Source: Okamejei kenojei
Lineage: Eukaryota
DNA length: 64,000 bases
Reading direction: 5' to 3'
NCBI GenBank assembly: GCA_035221665.1
Contig: CM069141.1
Coordinates: forward strand, 47,182,001 to 47,246,000
In this document: piece after piece, positions 39,596 to 52,062 of the stretch
Numbering within the stretch: the stretch's first letter is position 1
Layout of the letters: the number at the start of each line of letters is the position of its first letter
The notes under the pieces: model-generated
Seen by the model: the letters and a program-made list of their open reading frames with translations, nothing else
Database searches by the model: none
Told to the model about the DNA's origin: nothing
Position numbers and translations under genes: made by a program

Positions 39596-40622
39596 CTGGT
39601 TATCATTCCCTGCATTTTCACATTACCGTTCAGTACCTTTGACACATTTGCGTTTTCCTGTCTCGACCACCTATAGCACCAATTCAATCCAGATGTAGTT
39701 CTTCATTTCATACATGATGAGACCGCTAGAATGCTGTAAATCTCCTCCCTCTGATCTTAAAACTACATCTTCTACTTTTGACCGTCCGTACCATTTAAAA
39801 TGACTATTGGCCAACTGCCCTACACGTGCTTCACATGATTGAATATATCGCTCTCATGACTTTCCTCAACTGTGTTCACTGCAGGGAATACATTTCAAGC
39901 CTATACAATCTGCCATGCTAACGTAAACCCTCGTATCCTGACAACGTTTTGGAGTCTGTTTTTCTCCCTCTCTGGCTTACACAAACCCTTTCTTCAGTGT
40001 GCTACCTAGACCTGCACAGAATTATTTAAATCCAGCCAATGCAATGTTTCGTTCAACTAAAATTCAATTCTTGCTGCTAAGGGAGGCGACCATGCCGTTT
40101 GCCTTCATCACAACACTGTCTAAACGTGTTCCCATTTAAACGAAATACACTTTCTGTTACCACATATCCACACCAGTTCGTTAACAGGAGCATGTCCCAT
40201 TCCCTTGCTATTAGCCATTCATTAAATGAGCTATTACAGAAACAATAAAGCATAGTTTGTCCTAATAGCTCCACCAACCACTGCGTATATTTAGCTCCTT
40301 TATTCCCATCTTCACCTACTGAAAAAGCATTTTCAGTCGTTCACAGTTCTTATAAAGGATCTAAGACGTGAAGCGATAATTTGATTACCTTCCTCATGTG
40401 ATATTTGAGACGGTGAGTGTCTTAAGCAATTGCTAAATCATGATAGCAGCATGCTTCTTTTTTGGTGGTAGAATGGTTCCACATACCAAAGACATGTAGG
40501 TTTATAGATGAATTAGCTTCGGTAAATTCCCTCCAGAGTTTAACATGCGAAATTGGGATAACATAGCACTATTGTACGGGTGATTTGAAAATAATTCTGG
40601 ATACAAAAATGACAAACCACCT

Positions 40623-43600
40623 TGTAAATAAGCGATCCACACACTCTTGAAGTGTATAGCATCCTTTAATAATGGCACAGGGCATAACACACATCAGCAA
40701 GCACTGGTTGCATTCTGTTACTGAACTATACCCAGGGAGGGGAAAGCGTTATGATTGATGTTTACTAAGGCGGGGTTATTGGTACTGAGGTAGCTATATT
40801 ATTGGTTGCATGCATAAACCATCTACATCCTTCCCCTTAGAAAATCAAAACAGATCAGAAGTCATGACAACAGAATTAAACAAAAGCACCATAACAAACA
40901 GGTGGCTTACTAATCCGGCCCGAGCACTTACGGATGTCTCCCCCTTCCCCCGAAAGTTTAGAAGAAACAGGAGGCCACGAAACAGCCGGGGAACCAGAAA
41001 AAGGCAGTGGGGTAGGAGAAGCAGGAGAGACAGACCCACGACCGGCAACAGGTGACCTGCGCAAAGGAGAACAGGGCACGGGAGATGGGGATTGAGGCAT
41101 GCAGGGAACACGAGCTGGGATGGAAGCTGGCTGTTGGTATGAGAGCGGCGGAGCATAGGGGACAGGATGTAACGATGCATCGACAGACTGTAGCAGGCCG
41201 CGCCTAGACCGAACTTGGAAGCATCGCAGGTGACGGTGATAGGGCGACTCACGTCAAAGAACCTCAATGTCGGTGTGTTAATCAGTCTGGACTTGAGACA
41301 GTCGAAAGCCTGCTGGTGCTGTGGAAGTCAGGCCCAAGCGATATCCTTTTTTGTCAGCTGTCTGAGACTCAAAACCTGCACTTCTCGGGGTTCAGTTTCA
41401 GGTTGGCCTGTCGCGCCCGATCCATGATGCGGCGGAGGCTCAGGTCGTGCTCGGAAATGTCCTTCCCATAGACTAGGATATCATCCAAGATGATGGCACA
41501 TGGCAGGTCTGAGAATACCTGCTCCATCATTCGCTGGAACACTTCACCAGCAGAATTGATGCCGAATGGCATTCGCAGAAACTTGAATCTGCCAAACGGT
41601 GTGGAGAATGTCGTCCGGTCAGAAGGCGCTTTGTCCAATGAAATCTGCCAAAACGAGTTCTTAGCGTCGAGGACCGAGAAGATGGTGGCCTGCCCGACCC
41701 AAGCCACCACAACCTCAACAGACCGCATGGGGTAGTGGGGTCGCCTGATGGCAAGGTTTAAGTCCTTCAGGTTGATGCACACACGTATTTCATTCTTGTC
41801 TTTCTTTAGTGTGGCAACCATGGTGGAGACCCACTCGGTCAGCTCACTAAACGCTTCTAGCACCCCTTTTTCGACCATGTTGTTAAGCATCGCTTTGACC
41901 TTGTCTTTCATGGTGTGAGATACACTGTGAGCTGCGCGGATCACGGGCGGCACATTTGGGTCAATGGCAATATGGTTAGTCAGTGGTAACGTTCCCACGT
42001 CATCGTTGAACAGGTCTGGGTATTGTTCTACTGGGTCAAACGACATTAGCACTTTGTGGACCATGCAGTCGAAGGACACCAGGCCGAGGTCGTGGCACGC
42101 ATGGTTGCCCAGCAGAGTCACACAGTCAGAATTCAAGACGTAACAAACCAGGTTTCGCATGGCCTGTTGCAGCACGCAAGTTAAAGTGGCCCTCCCCACC
42201 GGCCTCAGTACCTCTCCTCCATAGGCATGCAGAGTGGAACGATCAGCAATCAAGAGCTCATCATTTCTTATCTTTATGAAGAGGTTTATTGACAAAACAT
42301 TTACTCTCGCTCCTGTATCTAACTTCGCAAGGAAGGTCAAGCCATTGACAGTTACTGAGACAGTTGGATCAAAAAGCTGGCCAGGTGCATGTAGGAGTGT
42401 AAACACGCTCGACTCTTCTGTAGAACTAATTGAATCCGCATTGTGGGATTCTGCTATAGAGGGCTGTGAGTCGTAGCAGCCATCAGATTGTGTCGGCCTG
42501 TTTAGGTTAGGTCTAGAAGCCTGTGCAGCTTTCCCACGGGAGCGACAGACAGCAGCAAAATGGTTTAACTTTTTACAAAAGTTGCAGGCCTTACCATAGG
42601 TGGGGCACGGTGACAGTCTGTGGTGCATGTAGTTACAATTGGGGCTCCTCTTGTGGGGCATTTCGCCAGGACCTGGGTTGGGCCGCGGCATAAAAGCAGT
42701 GTTTCCCATCCGAGGCTGTGGTCTCTTAAACCCAGCCAGGTTGATAGATTTAGTGCCCCACTCACCTGGTCATCTGGCAATTCAACGACATCAGACATTC
42801 TGCAGGCATACTTAGCTTTGACTAACGTTGAATCAGAATTCCTTAGAAGCTCAGAACGCAACTTCTGGTCACGCATGCCAGTTACTAATATGTCTCTAGT
42901 GAGCTGGTTTGTCATGTCCCCGAAACGGCACCGCTGGGCAAGGTAGCGCAAATCAGCAATAAAACGTTCAACAGGTTAATCCGGCAACTGTTTCCTTGTA
43001 AAAAACCGTGCTCTCTCTAGAATGCGGTTCGAGGGCAGGTCACAAATCTCCCTGAACTTACGTAGCAGGCAAGAGGCTGATCATTGGCTGATTCTGCAGG
43101 AGTAATCTCCAGGCTATTCTCGTCCAGGACCGCTGGAGCGTAGGTGAAGGTTCTTGCCCTCCTCATGGCATTGGGTCTGGCAAGGTTGAGGAGGAGGGAG
43201 GCTTTGACGGAGTCAGGTTCGGTGTGGTGCACAACGTTGACAAAGTGGGTGAAATCAAACTCAAACGTGGCCCAGCGCTCAGAGATATCAAAAAACAAAG
43301 ACGAGCTGCGCGGGCTTTCTGCAAGAAGACGCTATGGCCAGAGAGATTAAACACAAGTAAGCACACAAATCAAAAGAAAGAAATTAAACCCGGTAGACAG
43401 GAGACGCAGGTATCTTCCAGCGCTGACACCATGTAAATAAGCGATCCACACACTCATGAAGTGTGTAGCATCCTTTAATAATGGCACAGGGTATAACACA
43501 CATCAGCAAGCACTGGTTACATTCTGTTACTGAACTATACCCAGGGAGGGGAAAGCGTTATGATTGATGTTAACTAAGGCGGGGTTATTGGTATTGAGGT

Positions 43601-43636
43601 AGCTATATTATTGGTTGCATGCATGAACCATCTACA
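40623..43636 (-). mobile_element. Ty3/gypsy LTR retrotransposon (Mag-like), internally deleted with no integrase
   Basis: 205-bp LTRs at 40623-40827 and 43432-43636 (TG...CA, 7 mismatches by eye). TSD CACCT/CACCC with the empty site at ~52100. PBS TGGTGTCAG and PPT AAGGGGAAGGA. Zn knuckle CNFCKKLNHFAAVC, protease LDTGA, RT ILDD and RNase H start CDASKFGLGA. Confidence 0.95.
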
Positions 43637-43809
43637 CACCCGTAATGGATTCGCCGTCAGTATGGAGAGGACAAGCGGCATTGAAGATCGTACCGTAGCC
43701 AGCGAGTCAGGGGCATTTGGCCATGACGATTATAGCAACTGAAGGAGATACAAGTCAGAACACATGGCTCAGATCAGGTGGAGTGGTCTACTGATCCTAG
43801 TTCGTTCAA

Positions 43810-44090
43810 CTGCTAGTTCGTTCTTGTTCATCCGGCCTACTAGCTACATTCTTGGTGTCCACATATCCCCTCGCTATCACCTTTTTCACGGACAACAAAT
43901 GGCCAGCAGAGACTCCTCCTATCCTTTGTCCTTGGTGTCGGCTCTGATTTGTTCTGAACCTTTTCATACCTCTAGTTTCCCTCTCTCTTAACTCTCAGTC
44001 TGAAGAAGGGTCCCATCCGAAACGTCACCTATTCGTTTTCTCCAGAGAAGCTGCCTGACCTGCTGAGATACTCCAGCATGGGTGTCTATC
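43810..44090 (+). mobile_element. Penelope terminal-repeat remnant with a hammerhead-like core at 44000-44026; paralog at ~52270-52560
   Basis: CTGAAGAAGGGTCCCATCCGAAACGTC plus downstream GCTGCCTGACCTGCTGAG, as at 33370-33450. Confidence 0.7.
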
Positions 44091-45720
44091 TTCACGTGCG
44101 TACAATTTGCAGGAATTAAGCTGACATTTCTGTTTGCATAACATTTGTATTCACAATTTCAGTACGTTCACGTTTTTTGTTTCTGACTTCCAGCACTGTT
44201 GGAACAAGGACAAAGCAAAGGCGCGCGATTGAAAAACGGAACTTCATCTTCCAAATGGACGTTGGAACCCTCTGGAACTCAGCAATGTTGTCCATTTACA
44301 CTTTTGCATTGAGGTGTAGAACATAGAAAATAGTTGTAGGAGGAGGCCCTTTGGCACCGCCACTCATTGTGATCATAGCTGATCATCCACAATCAGTAAC
44401 CCGTGCCTGCCTTCTCCCCATATCCCTTGATTCCGCTACCCCTTAAAGTTCTATCTAACTCTCCTTTAAGTTCATCCAGTGAATTAGCCTCCGCTGCCTT
44501 CTGTTGCAGAGAATTCCACAAATTCACAACTCTCTGAGTGAAAAGTTTTTTTTTTCTCATCGCAGTTTTAAATGGCTTCCCCTTTATTCTTAACCTGTGG
44601 CCTCTGGTTCGGGACACTCCGAACATTGGAATATTTTTCCCACACCTAGCTTATCCAGTCCTTTTATAATTTTAAATGTTTCTAAAGAATACAGCATAGA
44701 GACACGCCGCATCTACGCTGACAGTGATGTTTATCGACATTAATTCAACACTTGCATACTTTACATATCCATCAATTCCCTGCATTTTCACATTACCGTT
44801 AAGTACCTTTGACACACTTGCGTTTTCCTGTCTCGACCACCTATAGCACCAATTCAATCCAGATGTAGTTCTTCTTTTCAGACATGATGAGACCGCTGGA
44901 ATCCTTTAAATCTCCTCCCTCTGATCTTAAAACTACATCGTCTACTTTTGACCGTCCGTACCATTTGAAATGACTATTGGGCAACTGCCCTACCCGTGCT
45001 TCTCATGATTGAATATATCGCTCTCATGACTTCCCTCAACTGTGTTCACTGCAGGGAATACATTTCTAGCCTATACAATCTGCCATGCTAACGTAAACCC
45101 TCCTATCTTGGCAACGTTTTGGAGTCTGTCTTTCTCCCTCTCTGGCTTAAACAAACCCTTTTAAGTGTGCTACCTGGACAAAGGTTCAACTTAAACTCAA
45201 TTTGTGCATTCAATTCTTGCTGCTAAGGAAGGCGACCATGCCATATGCCTTCATCACATCCCTGTCTACACGTGTTCCCATTTAAACAAAATTCGCTTTT
45301 CTTCTACCACATATCCACATCAGTTCGTTAACAGGAGCATGTCCCATTCACTTGCTGTTAGCCATTCATTAAATAAGCTATTACTGAAACAATGAAGCAT
45401 AGTTTGTCCTAACAGCTCCATCAACCACTGCGTATATTTGTCTCCTTTATTCCCATCTTCACCTACTGAAAAAACATTTTCATTCGTTCACAGTTCTTAT
45501 AAAGGATCTAAGACGTGATGTGATAATTTGATTACCTTCCTCAGGTGATATTTGAGTCGGTGAGTGTCTTCAGCAATTGCTAAATCACGATAGCAGCATG
45601 TTTTGTGTTTGGTGGAAGAATGGTTCTCACCTATATTTTTTCGTGGTGATTTCGATTTTTTGCAGGTTTTAATACAAATGTTGGATTGATATTTATTTTA
45701 GGAATTGATTTGTTGCTACT

Positions 45721-46251
45721 TGGACCTCCGAATCGGCCACTTCCTATCCGAGTCCGAGGCTCCCAAAGTCCACAGGTCGGGCTTGGCGGAGATTCACCGC
45801 TGGCGGCCCACGGCAACGGGGCCTGGGACTCCGCGATATTGGTCAGCGCCGCCCGCGCTGGGAGCACTGCAAACCACAGCTCCGTGATGTTTATGCAGCA
45901 GGCCCAACACTCCGGAGCCTCAAACGGCGATCCCAGCTGAGGCATCACCCGTACAACGATGTATCCATCGCTGCTCCGCCGCTGATGAAGCACTGGTCCG
46001 GTCGCCGTAAGGAAAGACCGCACCAATCCAGTTGGTAGGCCGCGAGGAGGGGGGCGACGGCGCGACTCGGAGAATAGTCGCATCCTCGCCAGAAAGTGAC
46101 TGAAAACCGTTTTCACCCTTACCTACCCCCCTCCCCCACATAAAATACTGACAAAATCCCTCAAACATACTTTAAAAAAACTAAAAATTAAAAAAAGATA
46201 CAAAAACAAACAGAAGGCAGCCATCATGCATCACCCTCCTGATCCCTCTAT
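45721..46251 (-). mobile_element. Truncated copy of the non-autonomous retroposon at 57168-57881
   Basis: Collinear with ~57515-57881 and sharing its right junction. Absent from the B1 and B2 upstream regions. Confidence 0.65.
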
Positions 46252-46310
46252 GGATCATGCCCGACTTTGAACATCCACTGTAAACTCCAGTAGCAGAAAT
46301 GAAACTGCAG

Positions 46311-47311
46311 TATCATTCCCTCAAAACTCGACCCCAAGCTCCTTGATCGTGTACTGGAGACCACCATCTGCGGCTGGATATTCGACTTCCTGACGAGCAG
46401 GTCCCAGGTGGTGGGAATTGGCAGCCACACCTCCTCCTCACTGATCCTCAACACAGGCGCACCACAGGGCTGTATGCTCAGTCCTCTCCTCTACTCCCTT
46501 TTAACGCACGACTGTACTGCTAAGTACAGCTCCAACATCATCTCAAAGTTTGCTGACGACAGGACCACATCACAGACAATAATGAGACGTCCTATAGAGA
46601 GGAGGTAAAGGCACTAAACAGCTGGTGCCAGGAAAATAAACTCTCTATCAATGTCAGCAAACACCACCCCATCCACATCGGTGATGCAGAGGTTGAAAGT
46701 CAGCAGCTTCAAAAGTTCCTCGGTGTTCACATTACTGAGGACCTCTCTTGGACACTGCACATGGACAGAATATCTAAGAAAGCCCGCCAGCAGCTCTTTT
46801 TCCTGAGAAGACTGAGGAAGTTTGGCATGAACGCCAGCATCCTCACAAAACTCTACAGTTGCACAATCGAGTGTCTGTTGATGGGCTGCAACACAGTCTG
46901 GTACGGGAACTGTTCTGCCCACAGCCGCAAATCACTACAGAGAGTGGTGAAGGCGCCACAGCACATCACGGGCAACTGTCTCCCTGTCATTCAGGATATT
47001 TTCCACGGGCGGTGCCTGTGGAAGGCACACAGCATCATCAAGGACCACAGCCACCCAGCACGCAGACTGTTCTCCTTGTTACCGTCAGGAGCATGGCTGC
47101 ACGTACCAACAGACTTAAGAACAGTTTTTATCTTCATACCATCAGGCTTCAGAACTCCTAAACACATCATATATGTTGATTATTTTATTTTTTATTGTCT
47201 TTTACCTACGAATGTCACTTTTATCTTATCTTTTCCGTTGTCTTGTCAAACACATTTCATTGTACCGTTGACCCTGTGTTATCCTCATATGACAAATAAA
47301 ATTGAACTAGA
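46311..47311 (+). mobile_element. Rex1/Babar-like LINE 3' fragment
   Basis: NTGAPQGCMLSPLLYSLLTHDC...KFADD and KKARQQLFFLRRLRKF. Empty sites at ~14168 and ~35757. Confidence 0.85.
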
Positions 47312-48235
47312 GTTTTCTGAACACATTGCAAATCAACGTTCACTGTAAAGGACATTTTAGACAGTAAATATAGTACCAAGAAATTAGTGTTAACTAGGGC
47401 GCATTTTAAACAAACTGCAAATCAATGGGTAATTGGGTCGTTTATTTGCAAATTTCAATAATGGAACCATTGGATGGAAAAAATTGAAACGTAGATTCAA
47501 AAAGGAAATAACAATTCAAAAAATCACCAAATTTACCGTGCTCAACCGTACACAAATCCCTATGTTCGATGCTTCCCCTAATATCCATCCGGGTCTGCGG
47601 GTTATGTGCCTGTGAAACTGCTGCATGCAAGATATATTTTGCAGCAACCCCTCACCTTACTATTGCATATGTCAACAAACTAGTCTTGACGTTGACGTGA
47701 CGATGTCTTTATTCAATATTCACTTACTTCAAACTGGAGTAGCTTCAACAATGCCCAGTCGAAAGCATTATGTGCACGAATACCTTCTCCAATATCTGAA
47801 AAGTGCCAATTCAATTTTTCAGATTATATCCTCTGATTACGGTGGAGGTCAACTTCGCATAAAGTACTTTTGTTATAAAGGGCATGATAATAGACTTCAC
47901 ATGTCAAAGAAGAAATCATTACGTAATCATTATATGAATATATTTTCTTCCTACCCCTATGTGCGATTGTGAAATTTCCAACAGCTGTAAGTAAATAAAT
48001 GATTCCGATATGATAGGTTGCATCATAGAAATACCGATGCCATCCATTTATTCTCTTGCCTTATGACTGACCCGACAGAACGTATTAACGTTCTGGGTCA
48101 AAAACCCTTGGAAAAAGTGAATTGCGATAGTTAAATGCTGCAAACAAAATAGAAGCGTTGTTTTTTTTTAAAATACATGTTATGGTTGCGCATATTTAAA
48201 TAACAGCAGAGCAGTGCAGCTTTAAGAATTGTTGC

Positions 48236-48279
48236 TGCAATTGCCGAAAAGAACTGGTCGTGTCGCTGTCCACCAATGA
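48236..48279 (+). promoter_or_regulatory. CSE/CGCT box of intact B3
   Basis: TGCAATTGCCGAAAAGAACTGGTCGTGTCGCTGTCCACCAATG. Confidence 0.8.
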
Positions 48280-48502
48280 GAAGCTCAAGTGCACAGATGG
48301 ATCCATTGCCCCTCCCACATCCCAGAATAAAAACGTCAGACGCGAAGAGAGAGGAGAGCAGTGTCTGCGTTTGCATTACGGAATCAATTTTAGGTGAAAA
48401 ATATCCCGACTGTTTCGACTCTGTATATTAGATTTAGCTTGGAACATTTTACGGATTGCCCGAGGAGAGGCGTGGTTTTGGACATTGACTGAGCGCGGAA
48501 CA

Positions 48503-50884
48503 ATGGCGTACCGCCCGAGGTTAGCCTTCACTGTGTTTGTGTGCATGTTTACGAAATGTGCACCTGGTCTAATTTCCGGGCAAATGCATTATTCTATTCC
48601 CGAGGAAATGGCGCAGGGGGCATTTATTGGGAATATCGCCGAGGATTTGGGGCTGAATGTATGGGAATTGTCTGCTCGCAAATTACGACTGAAGTCTGAT
48701 AATGGCGGACGGTACCTGAAGGTTAATTTGGAGAATGGAATATTGTCTCTTCGTGAAAGAATCGACAGGGAACGTATTTGCGGACAGGTCGATAAGTGTA
48801 TTATACCTTTCGAAACAATACTGGAAAATCCTTCCGAGGTGCATCGCGGAAAAATCGAGATTTTTGATGTAAATGACAATGCGCCCACTTTCCCGCACAA
48901 CAGCATTGTCCTCCAGATATCGGAAGCGAGCGCACCCGGTGTGAGTTTCCGTCTCGAGAGCGCAGAGGATGCTGACATTGGAATCAATACAGTGGCCGCC
49001 TACACAATCAGTTCCAGTGCGTACTTTAGTCTTAAAACACAGAAAACCGATGACGGGTTTATAATCGCCGAAGTGCTGTTGGAGAAATCTTTGGACCGAG
49101 AGATGCAATCATCATTTCAACTCTTGTTTACTGCGACTGACGGTGGGACCCCTCAGAGATCAGGCACAACTCAGATTCTCATTTCTGTATTGGACTTCAA
49201 TGATAATCAGCCTGTGTTCGATCGTGATATTTACAGGGGAAGCGTAAGCGAGAACTCCACCAAAGGTACCTCAGTGATAAAAGTCAAAGCAAATGATATG
49301 GACGAAGGACAGAATGCTAAGCTAACATATTTTTTTAGTGATGTTGCCGTGCGAAAAGTTCGTAATTTGTTCCGTTTAGACCCAGATACCGGTGAGATTC
49401 GCATTGAAGGGCCCTTGGATTTTGAACAAGCAAACGGCTATGCTCTAGATGTTAAAGCTGTGGACCACGGCTCGCCTGCAATGACTGGACACTCCAAAGT
49501 GCTGATCAAAGTAATTGATGTGAACGATAATGCACCCGAGATAAAGGTGACATCAGCTTCCAACAAAATCCCGGAAAATGCTCCGCCAGGAACCTTCGTA
49601 ACGTTGATCAGTGTTATGGATCGAGATTCTGGAGAGAACGGCCAAGTTCGCTGCAAGATACCAAAGAACATTCCATTTCAACTACAATCAGCGACGGATC
49701 ATTACAAATTAATTACCAGTGAAATGTTTGATCGTGAAGTGATATCTGTGTATAAAATACTTATTTCAGCTTGGGACAAGGGGTCGCCATCACTGTCCGC
49801 AAATACAACCATTCAGATTACAATTTCAGACGTTAATGATAACAGTCCACGATTTGCTGAATCTTCCTACAACATTTATGTCATGGAAAACAATGCTCCG
49901 GGTGCGTCCATTTTCACAGTAACTGCAAGGGATCCTGATCTGGAGCAGAATTCTTATGTTTCCTACGCTTTTCTGGAGAATCAAGTCAAAAACTTGCCAG
50001 TGTCCACTTACCTGACCATTAACTCAATGAACGGTACAATTTACGCGCTGCGCTCGTTTGACTATGAACATCTAAAACACTTCCAGATACACGTTCAAGC
50101 CCGTGACGCTGGGGTGCCTCTGCTGAGTAGCAGCGCCACGGTGAATGTGATAATCCTGGATCAAAATGACAACGCTCCGGTAATTGTTTCACCTTCGGAT
50201 CAAGGTGGATCAGCAACAGAGGAGATCGTGCCCCGGTCAGCCGGTCAAGGGTATTTGGTCACCAAGATAATGGCAACTGATGCAGATTCTGGTCAGAATG
50301 CGCGGCTCTTTTATCGGATGGTGAAATCTACCGATCCCACTTTGTTCAACGTTGGGCAAAATTCCGGTGAAATAAGAACTGCGCGCAATATTTTGCAGTC
50401 TGATGCTACTGCACAAACTCTGGTCATCTTGGTTAAGGACAATGGGCAACCAAGCCTGTCCAGCGCCGTTACAATGAACATTAGAGTTTTGGAGAACAGC
50501 ACTGAAGCAATGTCCGAAAGCAGTATCTTAGTGAAAAATCTGGGGTTTTTTTCTGATCCAAATGTTTATTTAATCGTCATTTTCAGTTGCACGTCCGCTG
50601 TCTTTCTTCTGATCATCGTTCTGTTGATTGGCATCAAGTGTAAACAGGACAGAAGTATTATCCAAGGGTATAACTCCCCCAGTTATTGTTACAATCGTGG
50701 AGATTCACAGGGCACGTTTAATGGAAGAGCCGTCATGGAGGAAACTTTACGCTATCCTGGGACAGGCCGGGTAGCCCGCGTGCCAGAATCGCATCAGTAC
50801 TCTGTATGTCTGTCTCCAGAGTCAGCTAAAAGCGACTTTCTCTTCTTGAAGCCATGCGGAGCTCCTCTCTCTCAGGCTCAATGA
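48503..50884 (+). CDS. Intact clustered-type protocadherin B3, 793 aa from the ATG at 48503
   Basis: Uninterrupted ORF with ACAATGG start context, signal peptide, six cadherin repeats, TM and tail CLSPESAKSDFLFLKPCGAPLSQAQ*. Confidence 0.95.
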   Translation: MAYRPRLAFTVFVCMFTKCAPGLISGQMHYSIPEEMAQGAFIGNIAEDLGLNVWELSARKLRLKSDNGGRYLKVNLENGILSLRERIDRERICGQVDKCIIPFETILENPSEVHRGKIEIFDVNDNAPTFPHNSIVLQISEASAPGVSFRLESAEDADIGINTVAAYTISSSAYFSLKTQKTDDGFIIAEVLLEKSLDREMQSSFQLLFTATDGGTPQRSGTTQILISVLDFNDNQPVFDRDIYRGSVSENSTKGTSVIKVKANDMDEGQNAKLTYFFSDVAVRKVRNLFRLDPDTGEIRIEGPLDFEQANGYALDVKAVDHGSPAMTGHSKVLIKVIDVNDNAPEIKVTSASNKIPENAPPGTFVTLISVMDRDSGENGQVRCKIPKNIPFQLQSATDHYKLITSEMFDREVISVYKILISAWDKGSPSLSANTTIQITISDVNDNSPRFAESSYNIYVMENNAPGASIFTVTARDPDLEQNSYVSYAFLENQVKNLPVSTYLTINSMNGTIYALRSFDYEHLKHFQIHVQARDAGVPLLSSSATVNVIILDQNDNAPVIVSPSDQGGSATEEIVPRSAGQGYLVTKIMATDADSGQNARLFYRMVKSTDPTLFNVGQNSGEIRTARNILQSDATAQTLVILVKDNGQPSLSSAVTMNIRVLENSTEAMSESSILVKNLGFFSDPNVYLIVIFSCTSAVFLLIIVLLIGIKCKQDRSIIQGYNSPSYCYNRGDSQGTFNGRAVMEETLRYPGTGRVARVPESHQYSVCLSPESAKSDFLFLKPCGAPLSQAQ

Positions 50885-51469
50885 TGGGTATCTTTAATGA
50901 ATGGCCACTTTGTATGAATCCATTATTCTATACAAATATATGAATGGTTGTGTATGTAACATTTCAGTAAATAAGTATTTCTTTCTGAAGGAGTGGTTCG
51001 ATCCGAAATTTCGCCTATGCACCCCCCCCATCCCCCGCCCCTTCGGTTTTTCATGTCTGCGCAAAGATGGGCCAGTTGGTGTAATGGTCGAAATTAAAAT
51101 TCTCATCAAATGCAATCCAGTCTTCTAATAGTGTCACCGATTTTCTCTGCCGGGAATCTTACTATTTGCAATTGAATGGGCGTACACAAATGCAATCAAG
51201 CCTTCATGTAAGAATGGTACAAACGTTATTTGTTCAATTACGCGAAAGATTGTTCTGTCTGGATCTAATTGGGTGCTAATGTGTTAATATTGGAAGACTT
51301 CAATCAGAGCATTCATCGATGAGATAATCCATAGCATAAAAAAAGTTAAAATTACAAACCAAGACATTTCAAATGAAGACAACATTATTGAATACAAAAT
51401 GGTGATGCTGGAATCTTGTTGGTAGTGGTGGGGGGGGGGGGGGGGGGTGTAGAAGCAAACTGACGGCGA

Positions 51470-51850
51470 AGAAATGCGGCATAGTGACTCAGCTATAGAG
51501 TTGCTGCCTCGATCATCTCTAACCCCTCTCACCCTGGCCACAAACTCTTTGAAGCACTACCATATGGAAAGCGACTCCGCACTGTCAAAGCTGGCCACGG
51601 CAAGACATAAAAAAACAATTTTTGTCCCCACGAGCAGTAGCTCTACTCAATAACCAAAAGTCTGTAGCCTCCTTTCGCTCTGGTATTTTATTTCATTCAC
51701 ATGTTTAAACTGTAATGTTTTATTCTTAATGTTTTTATGTGTTATGCTTCATTCTTCATTGTTAACTGAATGTCGTGTTGTTAGTTGCGTTCGGAGCACC
51801 AAGGCAAATTCCTTGTATGTATACATACTTAGCCAATAAACTTATTAATT
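51470..51850 (+). mobile_element. LINE 3'-end remnant (Rex1/L2-like); paralogs at ~18020-18360 and 62880-63060
   Basis: HP.H.LF..LP.GKRLR-type terminal coding, followed by an AT-rich 3' UTR and AATAAA. Confidence 0.55.
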
Positions 51851-51856
51851 CAAAAC

Positions 51857-52062
51857 GTCAGAGACCCTGGTTCAATCCTGACTACGGATGCTCTCCGTAC
51901 GCTGTCTGTACGTCCCCACCTGTGACCGCGTGTGTTTCCTCCGAGTACTTCGGTTTTCTCCCACATAGCAAAGACATGCACGTTTATAGATTAATTAGCT
52001 TCTGTAAATTACCTCCAGAATTTAACACGCGAAATTGGGATAGCATAGAACTATTGTACGGG
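51857..52062 (+). mobile_element. tRNA-derived V-SINE (HE1-like) remnant
   Basis: B-box GGTTCAATCC and V-domain-like GTTTCCTCCGAGTACTTCGGTTTTCTCCCACA..CAAAGAC. Confidence 0.7.

Noticed and set aside
48485-48502. Upstream TTG start for B3 given by the ORF track
   Set aside because: In a eukaryote the ATG at 48503, in good context and conserved across paralogs, is the likely start.
28646-50502. Recurrent antisense ORFs inside Pcdh exons (MRESG..., MFFG...)
   Set aside because: They recur only because the sense exons are paralogous, and there is no independent coding evidence.
50803-50812. CT|GTATGT as a splice donor to constant exons
   Set aside because: It is not conserved in A-type copies (GTCTGT) and would cut off the most conserved tail motif. 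It cannot be excluded without RNA data.
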